A stretch of 61,999 bases of DNA, filler included, from Choristocarpus tenellus KU-1152 (taxonomy: Eukaryota; Protista; Phaeophyceae), in assembly GCA_964200185.2 (NCBI GenBank). It is 11 parts of 11 records of this genome, joined end to end, with 100 filler letters (N's around TTAATTAATTAA, not from the genome) between each part and the next. Parts side by side here need not be neighbours in the genome. Positions count along the whole stretch, not along the records: positions 24,134 to 28,151 come from CAXNAD020016645.1; positions 28,252 to 35,965 come from CAXNAD020005700.1; positions 36,066 to 46,331 come from CAXNAD020003027.1; 8 more parts are not named here. One strand, given 5' to 3'. Below, in pieces: positions 26,310-40,082 of this stretch; position 1 is the stretch's first letter; every line of letters starts with the position of its first letter. The notes below the pieces were generated by a model. The model searched no databases. It saw only the letters and a list, made by a program, of their open reading frames with translations, and was not told the DNA's origin. The translations under genes and the position numbers were made by a program.

Positions 26310-27312
26310 CTAAGTCTGCAGGATTATCGGATTGAGGTTGTGCTAAAAACCCTCCAGCACCACTCTCACTGGCATCAACATGGATGATGAATTCTTTGGT
26401 AAAGTCAGGAAACACGAGAACCGGGGCAGCAGTGAGTAATTGTTTTATTTAAAAAAATGCCACATCCTGGTCCAATGTCCATTCTTTATCCACTCTCTTA
26501 TTGACGCCTTTCTTAGTGAGAAGAACTAACGGTTCGATTACTGTGGCTAAGTTGGGTATGAATTTAGGCACAAAATTTATTATACCTAGGACAGATCGAA
26601 GTTCTTTGATGGTGGTGGGTTTGGGTAATTCAGTGATTGCACGGACACAATCCTCACCGATACGAATCCCTTCAGACGATAAAATGTGACCCAGGTAACG
26701 TACTTCTTTGGGTCCAAACTGGATCTTTGACGGTTTCAAAGTTAAACCTACTGCTTGTAACGCTTTGAACTGCTGTTCTAGTAAGTGTATATGTCCTTCC
26801 CATGTGGGAGAACAAGCAATCAGATCATCCATGTAAACTAGCAACCCACTCAATGGACCAAAGTTTGCAAAGGCTAAGGACATGATTCTTTGAAATTGCC
26901 AAGGGGCATTTGATATCCCAAAGGGCATCCTCTTAAAAACATATTTGCCTCTGGACGTGACAAAAGCGGTTTTATCAATGTCATCCTCAGCAACAGGAAT
27001 TTGCCAATATGCACTCTGAATATCACAAACGGTGATAAATTTTGCACCCCCCCAACAGTATCAATATGAGACTCTATATCAGGCATAGGCCAAGACGGTC
27101 GAACAAGGTGTTTGTTAACAGTTGACCTATAGTCTACACAGAATCGTAGGGAGCCATCAGATTTGGCCACAATAGTAATAGGACTACCCCAAGGGCTGGC
27201 ACGTTTTTCAATAATGCCTTGCTCTTCCATAGTATTAACACACGAGTCAATTACTAGTTGAGTACGGGGGTTTGCTCTGTAAGGGTTCCTGTCAACAGGC
27301 TTGGTACCAGGC
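26310..27312 (-). pseudogene. Ty3/Gypsy pol relic (RT plus start of RNase H)
   Basis: PYR, SPWGSPITIVAK.DG.LRFCVDYR, MPFGISNAP, YMDDL, YLGH, LRSVLG, then PVLVFPDF.KEFIIHVDAS; frameshift near 27045 and stops. Confidence 0.92.
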
Positions 27313-27329
27313 TCAGATGAGCCATCACG

Positions 27330-28151
27330 ACAGATGTTCGTCACGAAGAAGTGGTGGAGGTGTTGTATAGCTCTGGGAACTAGCCTACACCTCCCTGGTC
27401 TCTTTACCTCTAGAGTTTTGGACGATTGACACAAACTCCAGATTGTCCGCAATTGGGGAGAAGTGTCGCCCAACTGCCTGTGGCTCTTTCTTCAGAAGGG
27501 CGTGTGCTTCAGCTTTCTGTTCAGATTGGCGCACCTACCTAGAGAAATATTTCGGCGGAATGGGATAATTTGGCGTAGGAGTTCCAAACGGAGCGGAGCA
27601 TGCCCTTCTAGACATCCACCTAAGAAACGAGTGTGGAGAATGGGTCATCAGTCTAGATGGAAGAAACACTTTCAACGGAGCAATAGTATGTTAGTGGGTA
27701 GAGCCGCATCCATTTGGGGGCCAAAATCCAATGTTGCGATTTCGATCTAATTTTGTCCATCGTGTTTGTTAGGAAGTGTCAATATCCATGTTCCGGACAC
27801 ATCTTTTCGCAACATATTCACTTTACCTACTCCTAAACATTTTGGAGTAGGAAAATGCCAAAATAGAACCCATGGGAAGCGAAGCCCCTAATGGACAAAC
27901 GGGGCAAAACTCGAACCCTCCAAGATACTCTCGCTCAACAGTGTACGCCGCTCGGCCTTCATCAAGGCTCTCCCCGAGACTCTACCGGGATATATGGGAC
28001 ACCCATAATCTTCTTTTCCCCATGGATGAGGAAGGGATGAACATACTGCCATCGAGATCAGGGGCACAACAAGGGGACCCCTTGGCCTCCTCCTATATTG
28101 CATGGCAACCCACAATTGTTACTGGCGAATAGAGCGAGTATTTCTTCTTAT
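27330..28151 (+). pseudogene. CRE/SLACS-like (early-branching) non-LTR retrotransposon RT relic, interrupted by MITE A5
   Basis: RLSAIGEKCRPTACGSFFRR..*FGVGVPNGAE..VISLDGRNTFN|[MITE]|SVRRSAF..., then ILPSRSGAQQGDPL; stops and frameshifts present. Confidence 0.8.
27678..27936. mobile_element. MITE family A, copy A5 (diverged, reverse orientation)
   Basis: Degenerate TIRs GAGCAATAGTATGTTAG ... CCAAGATACTCTCGCTC; flanks AACG/AACA. Confidence 0.85.
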
Positions 28152-28280
28152 NNNNNNNNNNNNNNNNNNNNNNNNNNNNNNNNNNNNNNNNNNNNTTAAT
28201 TAATTAANNNNNNNNNNNNNNNNNNNNNNNNNNNNNNNNNNNNNNNNNNNNGGGGGGAGGGGGGGGGGGGAGGGGGGGTG

Positions 28281-29952
28281 ATGGCAACAGCGACAAACCA
28301 TCAAAAAATGGGTCGTCACCACACGCGCCGAATGAGCTGGGATAACAGCCCGCCATCAAGATCAGCGAGGTAAGTATTTTTTTGGTTACAGTCGTGTGGT
28401 TGCTCTTTCAATTGACTCGTGTGCGTGTTCTACTCAACACAATTGCACTCTAAAGTGTGATAGATACAAAATCAAGAAATATATTTTTTCTCCATGGTTT
28501 ATGGTGGGTTTGTAATACACTTTCTATATTTGAATGTGCAGCATTTTTATAATTTCATGCATGCATTTGTGTACTTGCCTCTTCAAGGTAAAACTGTACA
28601 TACTAGTCTGTTTGTGGTGAGTTTGTATTACCCTTCCTACGTTTGAATGTGCAGCAATTTTATAATACATGGATGTGTATACTTGTTTCACAATATGATC
28701 GCATGAAAGTTCAACATTTTAAATTACCTTTTCCTTCCCACCACCCCCTCTCCCTCTTCATGTTCATCTGCTATCCCTCTTGTAATCCCTTCCAATTATA
28801 TAAGGAGGCATGTCAGGCGCAGCTCTGCTGACACAGCAGGTGTCCTGCCTGCATCGTATGATAGGCAGGGTGAGTGGTTAGGGCATAGTCGTAACCAGAT
28901 GCTTGATGAGGCGCAGCCAGATGCAGCAGAGCAGGCCAAGGCTGCAGCAGAAGCAGGGGAGGGGCTGATGAAGGTATGGTCAGCTGAATATTGTCAAAGG
29001 GGAAGAGTGGCATGGAAGCACGATGTGACGGGGATTTTGGGTTGGGAATTTGTAGGGTTATTGGTTGACAACTAGATTTGAATTCCTTTAGTTATGTCCA
29101 TGTTAATTGCTTTAGTCTTTTCCCCCAGAGGCGAGTTCTTTAGGGGTTAAGACTGATGGTATCAGGGCGGTGTGATATACTGTAGGATTGGCTGTATCTG
29201 GAGAGATTGGTCCTCACTTACTAGCGGAAGGTATGATAAATAACTCACAAAGGGTAGTTTTGGGTTGGTGCTGATGCTTGGGAGGCTACTCCACCTAAGG
29301 GATGGTGCCTACCCCCCCTTGTTCCACCAAATGTGCTTACTTCCCTACCCCTCTTATCCAATTATTCTCACCATTGTATTGTTTTCTACAGCTTTCTCTA
29401 GCTCCTGTGTCCTCATACGTCCTGGACCCAAGTTCATTCAAGGCTCCTTCCAGTGGAAGTTTCCTGCCTTCCCCAGCAACCACTCCAGCACTCACACCAA
29501 CACCCAAGGGTGCCATGGATTTTGGGGAAGGTGATACAGAGGGTTCTCGCCACCTACGGCGTTCAGACACTCCTGAGGCTGCCCCGCCACCTCAGTCATT
29601 GCCCAAATCCCATCCTGCAGACCATGTCCAGCGTAAAGAGGCGGTTAGTGCAAGGAACAGGCCAAGAGTGAGGGGCAGCAGCCACAGTGGTATTAGCAAT
29701 GGCAGCACTCACAACCACCATAGTCGTCAAAATAATCAGCACCACAGCAGCAACCATGGTGATCGTCATGGTAATCAATATGGTAGTCGTCATGATGACC
29801 GCCTTGCTGGTGATCACCACCTTGGCAGTAGCAGCTACAATGGTGGTGATAGAGGACGGAAGAGCCGAGGGGGTGGGGGAGGTGATGTGTGGGGGTCACG
29901 GGTCAGCAGTGTGCCACCAGTTGTGGGTCCTGGCAGATCACCATCAGGGTGA
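28281..29952 (+). CDS. Hypothetical low-complexity (S/H/G/R-rich) protein; exons 28281-28369, 28805-28973, 29392-(29881 or 29952); possible last exon 30098-30180
   Basis: Three exons with GT-AG boundaries and compatible phases (2,0). No recognisable domain; start and end are uncertain. Confidence 0.55.
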
Positions 29953-32900
29953 TACTACATCTATTCCATGTGGGGAGAGCTTAGGGGGGTAGGGAGGGGA
30001 GTATTTGGAGTGGGGTGGGGTAGATGTTGTGGTTTATTATGGTCTTGTCACAGGGGGGGCTGCTGTGTATGTTGCAGTTTGTGGTGTGCCTGTGTAGTGG
30101 GTGCTAAGAAGGACTTGCGCAGATCTGCCGCCGGTCGGTGTCGTCATTTGGATGAAAATGACAATCATAGCAATGGTTGATGAGGGATGAAGAGATAGTT
30201 ATGAAGGTTTTCCCTTTGTAATATAGCCTTTTGATAGTCAAAAATCTAGTATTTGATGCTTGCCTGGAGGGGAGGGTGCACCAATGGGATTTGTTTGAGT
30301 ATTACAGTGCATAGAGAGATGGCTCTACGTTTTTGTTCCCCTTCTCTTTCCACCTACTGAGAGGGTGTGCACAGAAGGGAGTGGTCGTAGAGGGGACAGG
30401 GGTAAGGATTTTTTTCTTAAAATGGTAGTAGGATTTGTGTGGGGAGGGGAGGGATTCAGGTGGTGCATATATGGGGCAAGGCATACGAGTTGTATTGGTG
30501 TTATCCTACGTATTGATTGACCAAGAAGAGTGAGGGGAAGATTTGAGGTCAAGAGCTACAAGCATTTTTGCACTCAAGTCACATAAGCATGCTCAGTCTT
30601 CCTCTCTGTGCACCCTTCGTCTCCAGATGGAAATGTTATGTGAATAGGTCTTAACCGTCTAGTGAAGAATATGTGTGGGGTGGTGGGTGAGGTGGGGGGG
30701 TTGGGGAGGAGGGTGTGAGTCCCTATGATACCGCCCCCCTCCTGCCTCCCACTTATCATGTGTGATGGTGTTTGCATGTTCTTGTATTGAGTTTAGTGTT
30801 CCCACCCCGGCACTGTGGTTCTTTTTGTGTTCCTTAGGGGTGGGTGCTATAGAAGTGTGAGAATGCCCGTGCTGCTGACCTAGCCGTGAGCTTTGTTGGT
30901 TTTGAGGGAAGCAATAGGAGCAAAGGAGTGTTTGGGTGCGTGGGTGGATGGGAGGGCTAAATGATATGTTCCCAGGTCTTTACCATATTGCAATTGTCTT
31001 GCTTAGGAAATAGGAGACTTTTTCTTTTTTAGGGTTTTGGCCCTATGTTGTCTACCTATATCACAATTGATACACACAGCTGATATGTATACATACACAC
31101 ACAGCATTGTGTGAGTGGTATGTCAAATGGGGGGGTGGTAGTGAAAGGCGTCTTTGTGTATGTGATCCTTTCCGGGGCTTGGTGTGTCTATCTCTTCCAT
31201 TTCACTCCCCTTTTCCTTTTGCCCTTGTCTTGCCCTACTTCCTTGCCCCACTGGTGTGGTGAATGTAGAGAAAGGGGGATGTAGGTGATGACTTGTGGAT
31301 ACATGCATTTCATGTGCAATACTAGTGCGGCGGTGTGTGTGTACGGGTGTATGTGTTGCTAGGAATCAGTACTTGTTTCTCCAGTGGAAAGGATGTTTGG
31401 TGGTCGGTTCAGAAGGCGTAGGGTATGATCTGTTTCTGATCTGGTGGTGCAGTGCTTGAAGAGTGGAGTGAAACGTTGTAAGCATTTTTGTTGGAAAAGT
31501 GTTTCATATTGTTTGTGCAGTGTTGTGCTTGCGAGGGAATCTCTGCAATCAGAGGAGTTCCCATGGGGGTTAGATGGTGTGGGGGTGTTTGTCTGATCGC
31601 GTCTGGGCACACCAGGTATATAGGAGATGTGCCATGATACTACTGTTGAAGGTAGTGGCTTGCAACAGGAGTGTTTTTGGGGGAGGGGATTGTCAAGATC
31701 AACCAATTCGATTAGCCTATGTTTCTACTCTTATTTTTCTATTTTTCTATACTTTAATATTTTTTTGCTGTCACAGTCGGCTGCTGTTTACTTCCTATCT
31801 TGGCTGTGGGATTGGGCATGAATATCAGCCTGTGTCAGGCGTGCTCTCCATGTGTGTGTCCTATGTGGGAGTGATTGTGGTTGTGATTGTATGCATTTTG
31901 GGTATTGTAAGGTGTAGGCATGCTTGTCGTCGTTCAGATTTCAGATTAATATTTCTATTTTTCATTGCATGCATTTTGTATATGTGACTGTGTGATTCCA
32001 TGTGTTCTTTTTTTACATGTGATTTGTCTCTTACGTGGTTGTTTCTCGTGGGTAATTGATGTTCGTCTTGTTGTATCTTGCTTGGTGGACATTTGAGTCA
32101 ACATACATCCCTCACGTGTGTATGCATTTGTTTGGGGCATCTGTTGGCATGGCTCTTTTGCCTTTTTTTTAATCCCATGTCAGCTGGATTACTTTTGCTC
32201 CTGGAAGGGATGAGGATGCCACGGCAGTTACATGGTGGGTAGAGTGTTCCTACTCTGCAGTGTATGATAGGGGTGCGTGTCTCACTCATGATGCCTTTGG
32301 CTACCAATCTTTGTGTGGTGTTTGTGGGATACATGAACTTGGCACATTTAATTTGACGGATGAATGTCATTGACAATGGCCTTCATCAGGTTAATAAGGA
32401 GAGAGGGAAGTGGAATCAGTTTCAGTTTGGCTACTGTTCCTACCTGTCTGTTGTGGCTGGAGTTTTGCCGTGTCAACTACTGCGTTCAGACACGAACCAA
32501 TAGGAACAGGGACGAGTTGTCTAATTTGTGTCCCTTTCCCTGACATTTCCTGACATTTGTGCCAAGGTCGTTTGTCATGGAAATCTTTGTATGTATGCCA
32601 CGATTGTATGCCATGTATGTATGCCATGTATGTATGCCTGTAATGGCATGGATGGACCACAATATTGATTGATTGGTTTTGTTTTTTAGTCCCACAAGGT
32701 AGACAATACCAACCCATCCAAAAAAAGATTGTTCGTCCTCGGTATTGGTTTCTTCTCCTTTGTTTTTATCCTCCTGATTTGTGTGGTATTTTGAGTGGGT
32801 TGCTGGATTTCTTGTGTGTTGATGTGACTGGGGAAAAGGATAGGAATAAATTGTTGAGTATATCTGTGGTGGTGATCATTCCTACTGCCTAGTTGGGTGG

Positions 32901-33302
32901 TGGAGGATACCCATGCTGTAATAGAATGAATGTCTCCCTCTAAAATGCGTGCCTGCAGTAACCAACGAAGTGTGGTAGTCATTTTAAAAGGTACGTTACG
33001 TGTGTAATATCAGTATGACAAAAAATGTTGCTACTGTGAGTACAGTATGAAACAATGAATTGGCCAAGGGTCCCATCCTAATTAGCGTTTGGAATCATTT
33101 CCATTACTACTGTGAAATAGTAAGGAATAGGCTTGTATCATGGGGGTGGGTTCTCTCTCTCTCCCTCTCTCATGAAATGATCAGAAGAGAAGTTCCACCT
33201 AGGTATTTTATGTTCAATCTCAATGCCCCGTTTTGACACCTTCCACACAGTGCTTTTCAGGCCTCGGATTTAGGATAGTATATTCATTTGACATACCTGA
33301 CT

Positions 33303-33380
33303 TCTTTTCTACGTATGTATCCTCTGAGTACATACAGTCATCTTTTCTACGTACGTATCCTCTGAGTACATACAGTCATC
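33303..33380. repeat. 38-bp direct tandem duplication
   Basis: TCTTTTCTACGTAYGTATCCTCTGAGTACATACAGTCA x2. Confidence 0.85.
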
Positions 33381-33578
33381 CGCATTGCATACGAATATTT
33401 CCCTATTTATTGGTTAGTTCCAGTGGTTCAACATTGCCACACAATTCCTGGGAAATTTCGACTCTCAGCTGTAAGACAGGATTTTCTGTCCAGGGAAATT
33501 TTGTATCGTGTTTTACAAGACATGGGGCGTGGATGGTACACTCATAATACAGTTAACTTACTGACACAGTAAACAGGT

Positions 33579-33752
33579 GGCTCAAAGTATCTGCAGGGGG
33601 TGGCGGCTGTCCATTTGGGGCCAATTTTTTCATGTCGTGATTTTTGGGTGATTTGGTTCCATACATTGGATAATGAAAGTGCACTTTTCCTGGTTTGGTC
33701 CAAATGGACACTCTGGTGTAGACCCCCCCCCCACAGATAGATACTTTGGGTC
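33579..33752. mobile_element. MITE family B, full copy (~175 bp), TSD AGGT
   Basis: GGCTCAAAGTATCT ... AGATACTTTGGGTC flanked by AGGT/AGGT. Confidence 0.9.
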
Positions 33753-35193
33753 AGGTGGAACGTGTGATGGAATAGTTGCAAATATGGATCGACACAACTG
33801 GGAAAGTAATCACCAGGTTCGAGGTGGTCAACAAATAGTGGGATGACTGAAACCAACAGGTAAGAAGCAAAGCAGGGATGGAGGTAGTGCAGATAGTTAC
33901 AATGCAGCTGGTTCGTGGGCATTATGTGTGGTGGAAGTCAGGTAGGTGCACAGTACATCTGACAATGGGTTTCAAAAGATGGGACCACCACGCATGACAC
34001 TAGTCGTAATAATATTAAAAATAATGTAATTATTACAAAAAAAAAAGTCCTTACCTATGGCTCTACTCTGAAGCCAATGACTACTGCTGTAAGTACATAG
34101 ATGACAAAGCGGGAGAACAAAAGGTCAATACCTCCTACTCCACTCACTACTTGTTGCAACACCAACAAAGCCCAGTAGGAACAGGTGAGAGATGCAACCA
34201 AGCCTAATGGTGTGATGCACATCTTGCCTATTGCAAAATGTGCAGCAAGGAATTTAGTGCCAGCGGCGTACTTGTTTCCCTATGAACCCTTCTATCCCCT
34301 TGTCACCACCATTATGATCGTATACATGGGTTGCATTCAGCATTGCCTCTACAGCACCACCTGGAGAAACATAAAACCTCTACATAGTTCGAATTGAACC
34401 TTCCACTTCCGATAATCCCTCTTAACCCCAGCTCCTTAGCTACATTCAGTTGGGAACATACATACACCCTGGTAGGGTTCCACTCCTCATTAAAACAATT
34501 CAAAGTACAATATTTCACACAAAAACTCTCTACGAGCTCAACAGTAAATACCACAGTTTAGCCTGATGTTGATCTCCTTGCGTCCTGGCGCAAGAGGACT
34601 TCCAATCCTGCCTAGGTCAGATTTTCCTCATCTGCAAATCGTTCACAGTTCTGAATAATTTCTTTATAGATGTAGGCCCTCCCAGAGCGACTGCCGGGAA
34701 CACAGTTAATGAAAAAAACACATAGAGTTAGGGAGGGGGGGAAAAGGAAGTTAGAATAAAATGTGACTGGCATCATGGAGCACAGAATGCAGTGCAGTTA
34801 AGACTGCTCCTCAGTTCAATTCCTGACCCACTTACAGTCTAGGATGGCTTACACTACCAAAAAGGAGTGTGGTGGAAACAACATAATGCATAGCCAGGTT
34901 AGGACTGCAATTGCGATTTGAAGAGAGCACTGGGCACGTGACAATGACAAGGGGATGCACCTATCATGTGATGTGAGATACTAGGTTGGGTGCAATCTTT
35001 CAACGGAGATAACACCAACATACACACTAAATTTTACTTTGCAGTGCTTGAATATATTTGACCACTTTGTCAGCAACCTGCCATACATGGATTGCGAAAT
35101 AGGGGGTTGTGATCTGTAGAGCTGTCCTAATTTGAAATAATTCTTGTCCTTATCTGTTGTTCATGTTGCATGCGTTGGATGGATAATGTGAGT

Positions 35194-35274
35194 GAACTTT
35201 TCCTGGTCAGGGCCCGAATGGACATGCTGGTGTAGTTCCCCCCCTCCCCCCCTCCCCCCCAGATACTTTGAGCC
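35194..35274. mobile_element. MITE family B, partial diverged copy
   Basis: ACTTTTCCTGG..AATGGACA..CTGGTGTAG..poly-C..AGATACTTTGAGCC. Confidence 0.7.
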
Positions 35275-38200
35275 AGAATAAATATAAGATTTTACTTGAT
35301 ACAGTGCATTCCGGGAATGTTTCCACATCTCCATAGAATACTGTCTATTTCTAGACTTCAAATCTGGAAGGATGAAGGATCTGGGAATGTTTCTAGATGT
35401 CTATAGGAGGACAAGAGGGAGTCCAATATACTCACATCCAATTTCAACCTGGTTCGGAGTTTCACTTGGAGAGACCATGGTGCGTGTGGTTTGGCAAAAA
35501 ATGCTAAACGGATAATACAGTAAAGTTCTGGGGGCACGCCAGAGATTCAACAGTCAATGGAAGAAGCTGTGTCAGCAAACAGCAGACTATTTGAATATCT
35601 GCCCCACCTATAACATCATCGCCCTCACAAAAAAAGCACCTGAGAAGGTGTTTGAACACCAATAGCAGTAAGATGATACAGTCTCTTACAGATAGGCTTG
35701 CGCAAGAATCATTTTTTTTTTTTCACAACACGATTAAAAGCCTCTCCCCTCCTCCGGTTGAATTCAACACACAAACAAGGATCTGTGTGTTCAGCGCTTG
35801 CATGCTCTAAAAAACTCTTTCAGCCCGAACATTCCGCCACTATAATACCACTGAGCCCCAGTTTCACACACTTCTTCACAAGCGCCTTGAAGCTTTGCTT
35901 GAAATACTACTACTACTAGTACAGTAGAAAGATCTAAGTGTATAATTAAGCGTCAATTCCCCCCCNNNNNNNNNNNNNNNNNNNNNNNNNNNNNNNNNNN
36001 NNNNNNNNNTTAATTAATTAANNNNNNNNNNNNNNNNNNNNNNNNNNNNNNNNNNNNNNNNNNNNCCTCCCTCAATTTTGCGAATCCCCTGTTATATTTT
36101 GTTCTTGTTTGGGACTAATTTGTGAAGGTCGTTTGTCTCGCAGTCATGCATAGCCGTCCAAGTGGATAAATGACCCGTTGTCCTGCTATGAACTCTTGTA
36201 GGTGGTTGGACAGTGCGGCATGGAGGTACAGGGTATATTTCTCTGTATCTGAGCCATGATTAGCCAGTCTATGATATGATATTTATTGTAGTGAGTGGCC
36301 TCTCATCTTGAATATCTCACAAAACAATTGTCTGCATTGCATTTGAGAATATCAATACCAGTTTTCTGTTGGAGGGGCAGAGAGTGCACTGGGATTCCTT
36401 GGCAGGTTAGGGAACTTTCCCCCCAAATCTTTGTTGCCTTCCTAAGTCCTTTCCTACCACCTTTTATTGTATTCTAAATAAGTATTTTGAGGCTCCTGCA
36501 CCGATGGTAAACTGTTGCAACATTTTATAGCCCTGTTGAAGTTCTATGTATAATAGCACTCCTACTGAACTACGAAATGAATTTTAATTAGGAGGAACCA
36601 GAGTGGATGTGACTAAGAGTGTTCCTTTACGTTCTCCTGAAATGGTAAAAAGGGGTCAGGGGGTGCGGTGGGGAAAAGCCCACTAACCAAGTGTCCGTCA
36701 ACGATTCACCTACCACATATAAAGAGACAATCAGGAATCACTACAGACCTTTTCCTTGCTCTACCCAACAACGCATCATCATCCGAGCAGCATTGACAAG
36801 ACACCTTTTCCATACCTCCTAGCCTGTGGCATGCATAACAACGTTTTGTTTTTGTTAGTCTAAACAGCGTCTGATGTATAATAAATACTGTTCCTACGTA
36901 CTCGTACTGTAGATTCTCTTGTACTTCACATCATCATTGGTATTTTATAGCTCAAAACATCGTATAGTCGTAGTGCAAACAGTTGGTGAACTCTTGATGC
37001 TAAGTCTTTCTTTGGAAAGGTCAGAGAGAGCACCCAAGCTCCTTGTCTCTGTTCTACACAACGATTGATTTCACTTCCTTGTGGACCATGTTGTTGCTGT
37101 GGCACTGATGTTACGTTTCATTGAGACTCTGTAAAGGTGTGTGCTATAATCACTTTCAACGTTTCTACCAAAGTGCAGAAAAGTAAATTCCCTCTCCTCA
37201 TAAAGGGCAGTTCACTCCTTTGGTTTAATAAGTGAAAGTATGTGTTGGAAGGGACTTCTTATATGCATCAATTCAATCCAACATCTATTGGCTGTAATTA
37301 AGATCATATCGTCTTGAGCAAGCATTGATCTTGTTCTCCAAAGTATAACATAAAGACCTTGCTATTTAGTGCAAATCACAATCTGTGATATGTCTAGCAC
37401 AACAGTCGCACATATTGTGTCAAGCAACAGGAAGAAAGTGAGATGTGAGAGAGCCAAAGTAGTTCAGAGATAAGCAAGGTGTATTTTATGGATCCCGAGA
37501 AAGGGCAGAAGGACGAAAGAGCCTTCGTTGAATGGTGGTGTCAACCTTGTGTGTGGAAAGGGGAAATGTCAAAGTAATGAAAGTGTATTGCAGACAGTAA
37601 GAAAGAGCCTTAGAATGCAAAAGGGTCCAAACCTGCTAACCTTTCAATTTCTTTGACTCCGAAGAAGCATACCAGGGACATGACCAGCACTTCAAGTGGG
37701 AAATGTTTAGTGGACAATCCGCACACTTTTCTGGAAATTTTCTGACTTTCGCCCAGTAAGAAATCAAAGGTTGGGCGGAGCAGTATAACGCTATACGTTT
37801 ACCCCAAATGGTACAACAAATTCCACATGTGCCGCCAATGGCTTCATTCTTAGTCATACTGTATGGCCACAAAACGGAAGCTTTAATTTACACACAGGAC
37901 ACGAGAAAGTTTTGAAATAGTAAGGAAGAAGCAAACAAGAAATGAAACAAGAGCAAATAACTTGGTTGGAATGCATTTCTTGAGGTGAACATACCCCCCA
38001 CATGCAGCTTCTTATCCAAACTATCCAAAAACAGACTCCCATGTCAGAAACACAACGAGCAAAACATCACCCCCAAGTGTGCTGTCCTACTATCATTGAT
38101 GGTAGAAGGTCTTAAACTACAGAGGTGGCAGAGTGGGCAGTACAGTGTCACTGTGAGGGACACCTATGACTGTATGAAAGGCTTAGCTTGCACCATTAGC

Positions 38201-39361
38201 ATCATAAACCATACTGTCATCATACAACCCCCCTAATTGCACCACATGAAATTGGAAACATCTTCTGACTTCTCAAAAAAATTAACGGCCCGACACAAGC
38301 AGGAGGTCTATTTTATGCTCTGGGTACAAGAGACAAGATTAAATAAACCTCACTATTGACCTATCTTTGGAGCTTTTCAACCCAAACCCAACCATGTTCC
38401 CACCTTGCTTAATAAATTGACAAATATTGCACAGATTGTGCGCCTAATATATATGTCCATGTCTTGGCGTGATGTGTGTGCAAATGTTTTCACTTCGCTA
38501 CTTCACAAACAGCAGGCATCACTCAAGCAAAGAAAAACAAAATAACCAGGTGTGATATTGATCACAAACAACAAACCATATACTCTAGAATGTGAACATT
38601 CAAACTGTGGCAGGTATAACACATACATGCATACATACACACAAAAAAAAAAAGTTGTGCAAACAAAAAGTCTTCTCACAATGATGCATCAGTCTAATTC
38701 AGTGTCATTGCTCTATGTGTCGTCAATGATGGTAAGGAAAGAGTCACCTAAAGCACTCACCACAAACACCCAGCCCAATATGGAAAGAAGACACCTTATC
38801 TTCTTGACACCAATTTTTGCAGTCAACTCTGTGAAAGAAATAGGACACTACATTCTACTGTGGCAATATCTGAGCAGCTCAATGCGGGTAACAGACAATT
38901 GAAAAGGGTGCAGGGTGTGGCACCACACTTTTGTTATGGACAATTAGATATGCTGTAGAGAGGAAAAGCAAAACCTGTGCCATATCATGTTGTAGAAATG
39001 GAACAATGAGAAGACAAGGAAAAACTGGAATGCAGACAATCTTAAGCTACTGCACACACAATGGGGCCACTATCAACACACACACACACTTCTACACATA
39101 GACAAGCATCTGGATGTGTTGCACTTATGTTAATACATTTGTGTGTGTGTGTGTGTCAATGCCTAAATGCACTACTGTTGAGGGTATTTGTTAGCTTGCT
39201 TGGAGTGAAGCAAAACGGTGATCATAGCCTGCTTGTAAGGCAAGGACACACCAAAAAAGTAAGTAGCAGCAAGTGCCTTTTGTTCCAATACACTTGAAGT
39301 CTCATCGACAAAAAAAAAAAGTTCAGGGAGGTAGGGAGGGCTCACTGGGGATAGTGACATC

Positions 39362-39651
39362 TCAGAAATCAATGTCAGATTCATCCCCATCATCATCCCC
39401 CACCCCTAAGGCAACATCCACATCCTCAAAGGTTCCGGCCATCACGTCATGTAGGCCAGACATCTGCTGTCTCACCGTCACTTTGCCATGTGAGTATGCC
39501 ATCTGTATCACAGGGAGGCATCAAGGTTGTAGGGCAGGGTGAAGAGGGAGTGGTAAGAAATAAAAAATGCCTTGGCCTGGCGGTGGGTCCTTTTGACATG
39601 GAGGAGCTTGAGTCGGATAAGATACACCTTTTCTACTAACAGCATCTAATA

Positions 39652-39692
<41 letters not shown>

Positions 39693-40049
39693 TCCATATT
39701 CCTCATGTTGAATAATTGAATCAGAGTCAGTAGGGTGCATCAAATTAATGTGGTTGAGGGTTTCTTGACAGCTAACGCTTAATATATGCTTCATGCTAAA
39801 GCTACACAAAGAAAAGCAAGCACTAGCAACAAACAGGACAAGGCGAGACAAAATCATTGTGGGGAAGGGAGGGGAGAAGGAAGGGTTACCCCAAGAGGTT
39901 GTATCCCTTCCTTGCAATGACACCCTTCCTGTGTACTACATAGACTGGTGTTGATTAGCACATACTGTCACCGGGTGCATCAACAGCTTTCTGTTGGGAG
40001 GACTTTCTACTGCTGTTTCCAAGTTCTACTTTCCAATGGAATCATCAAC

Positions 40050-40082
<33 letters not shown>

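Noticed and set aside
34050-34700. Weak TM9SF-like words (VIGFRVEP, EENL) on the minus strand
   Set aside because: Too short, interrupted by stops, and no consistent exon chain.
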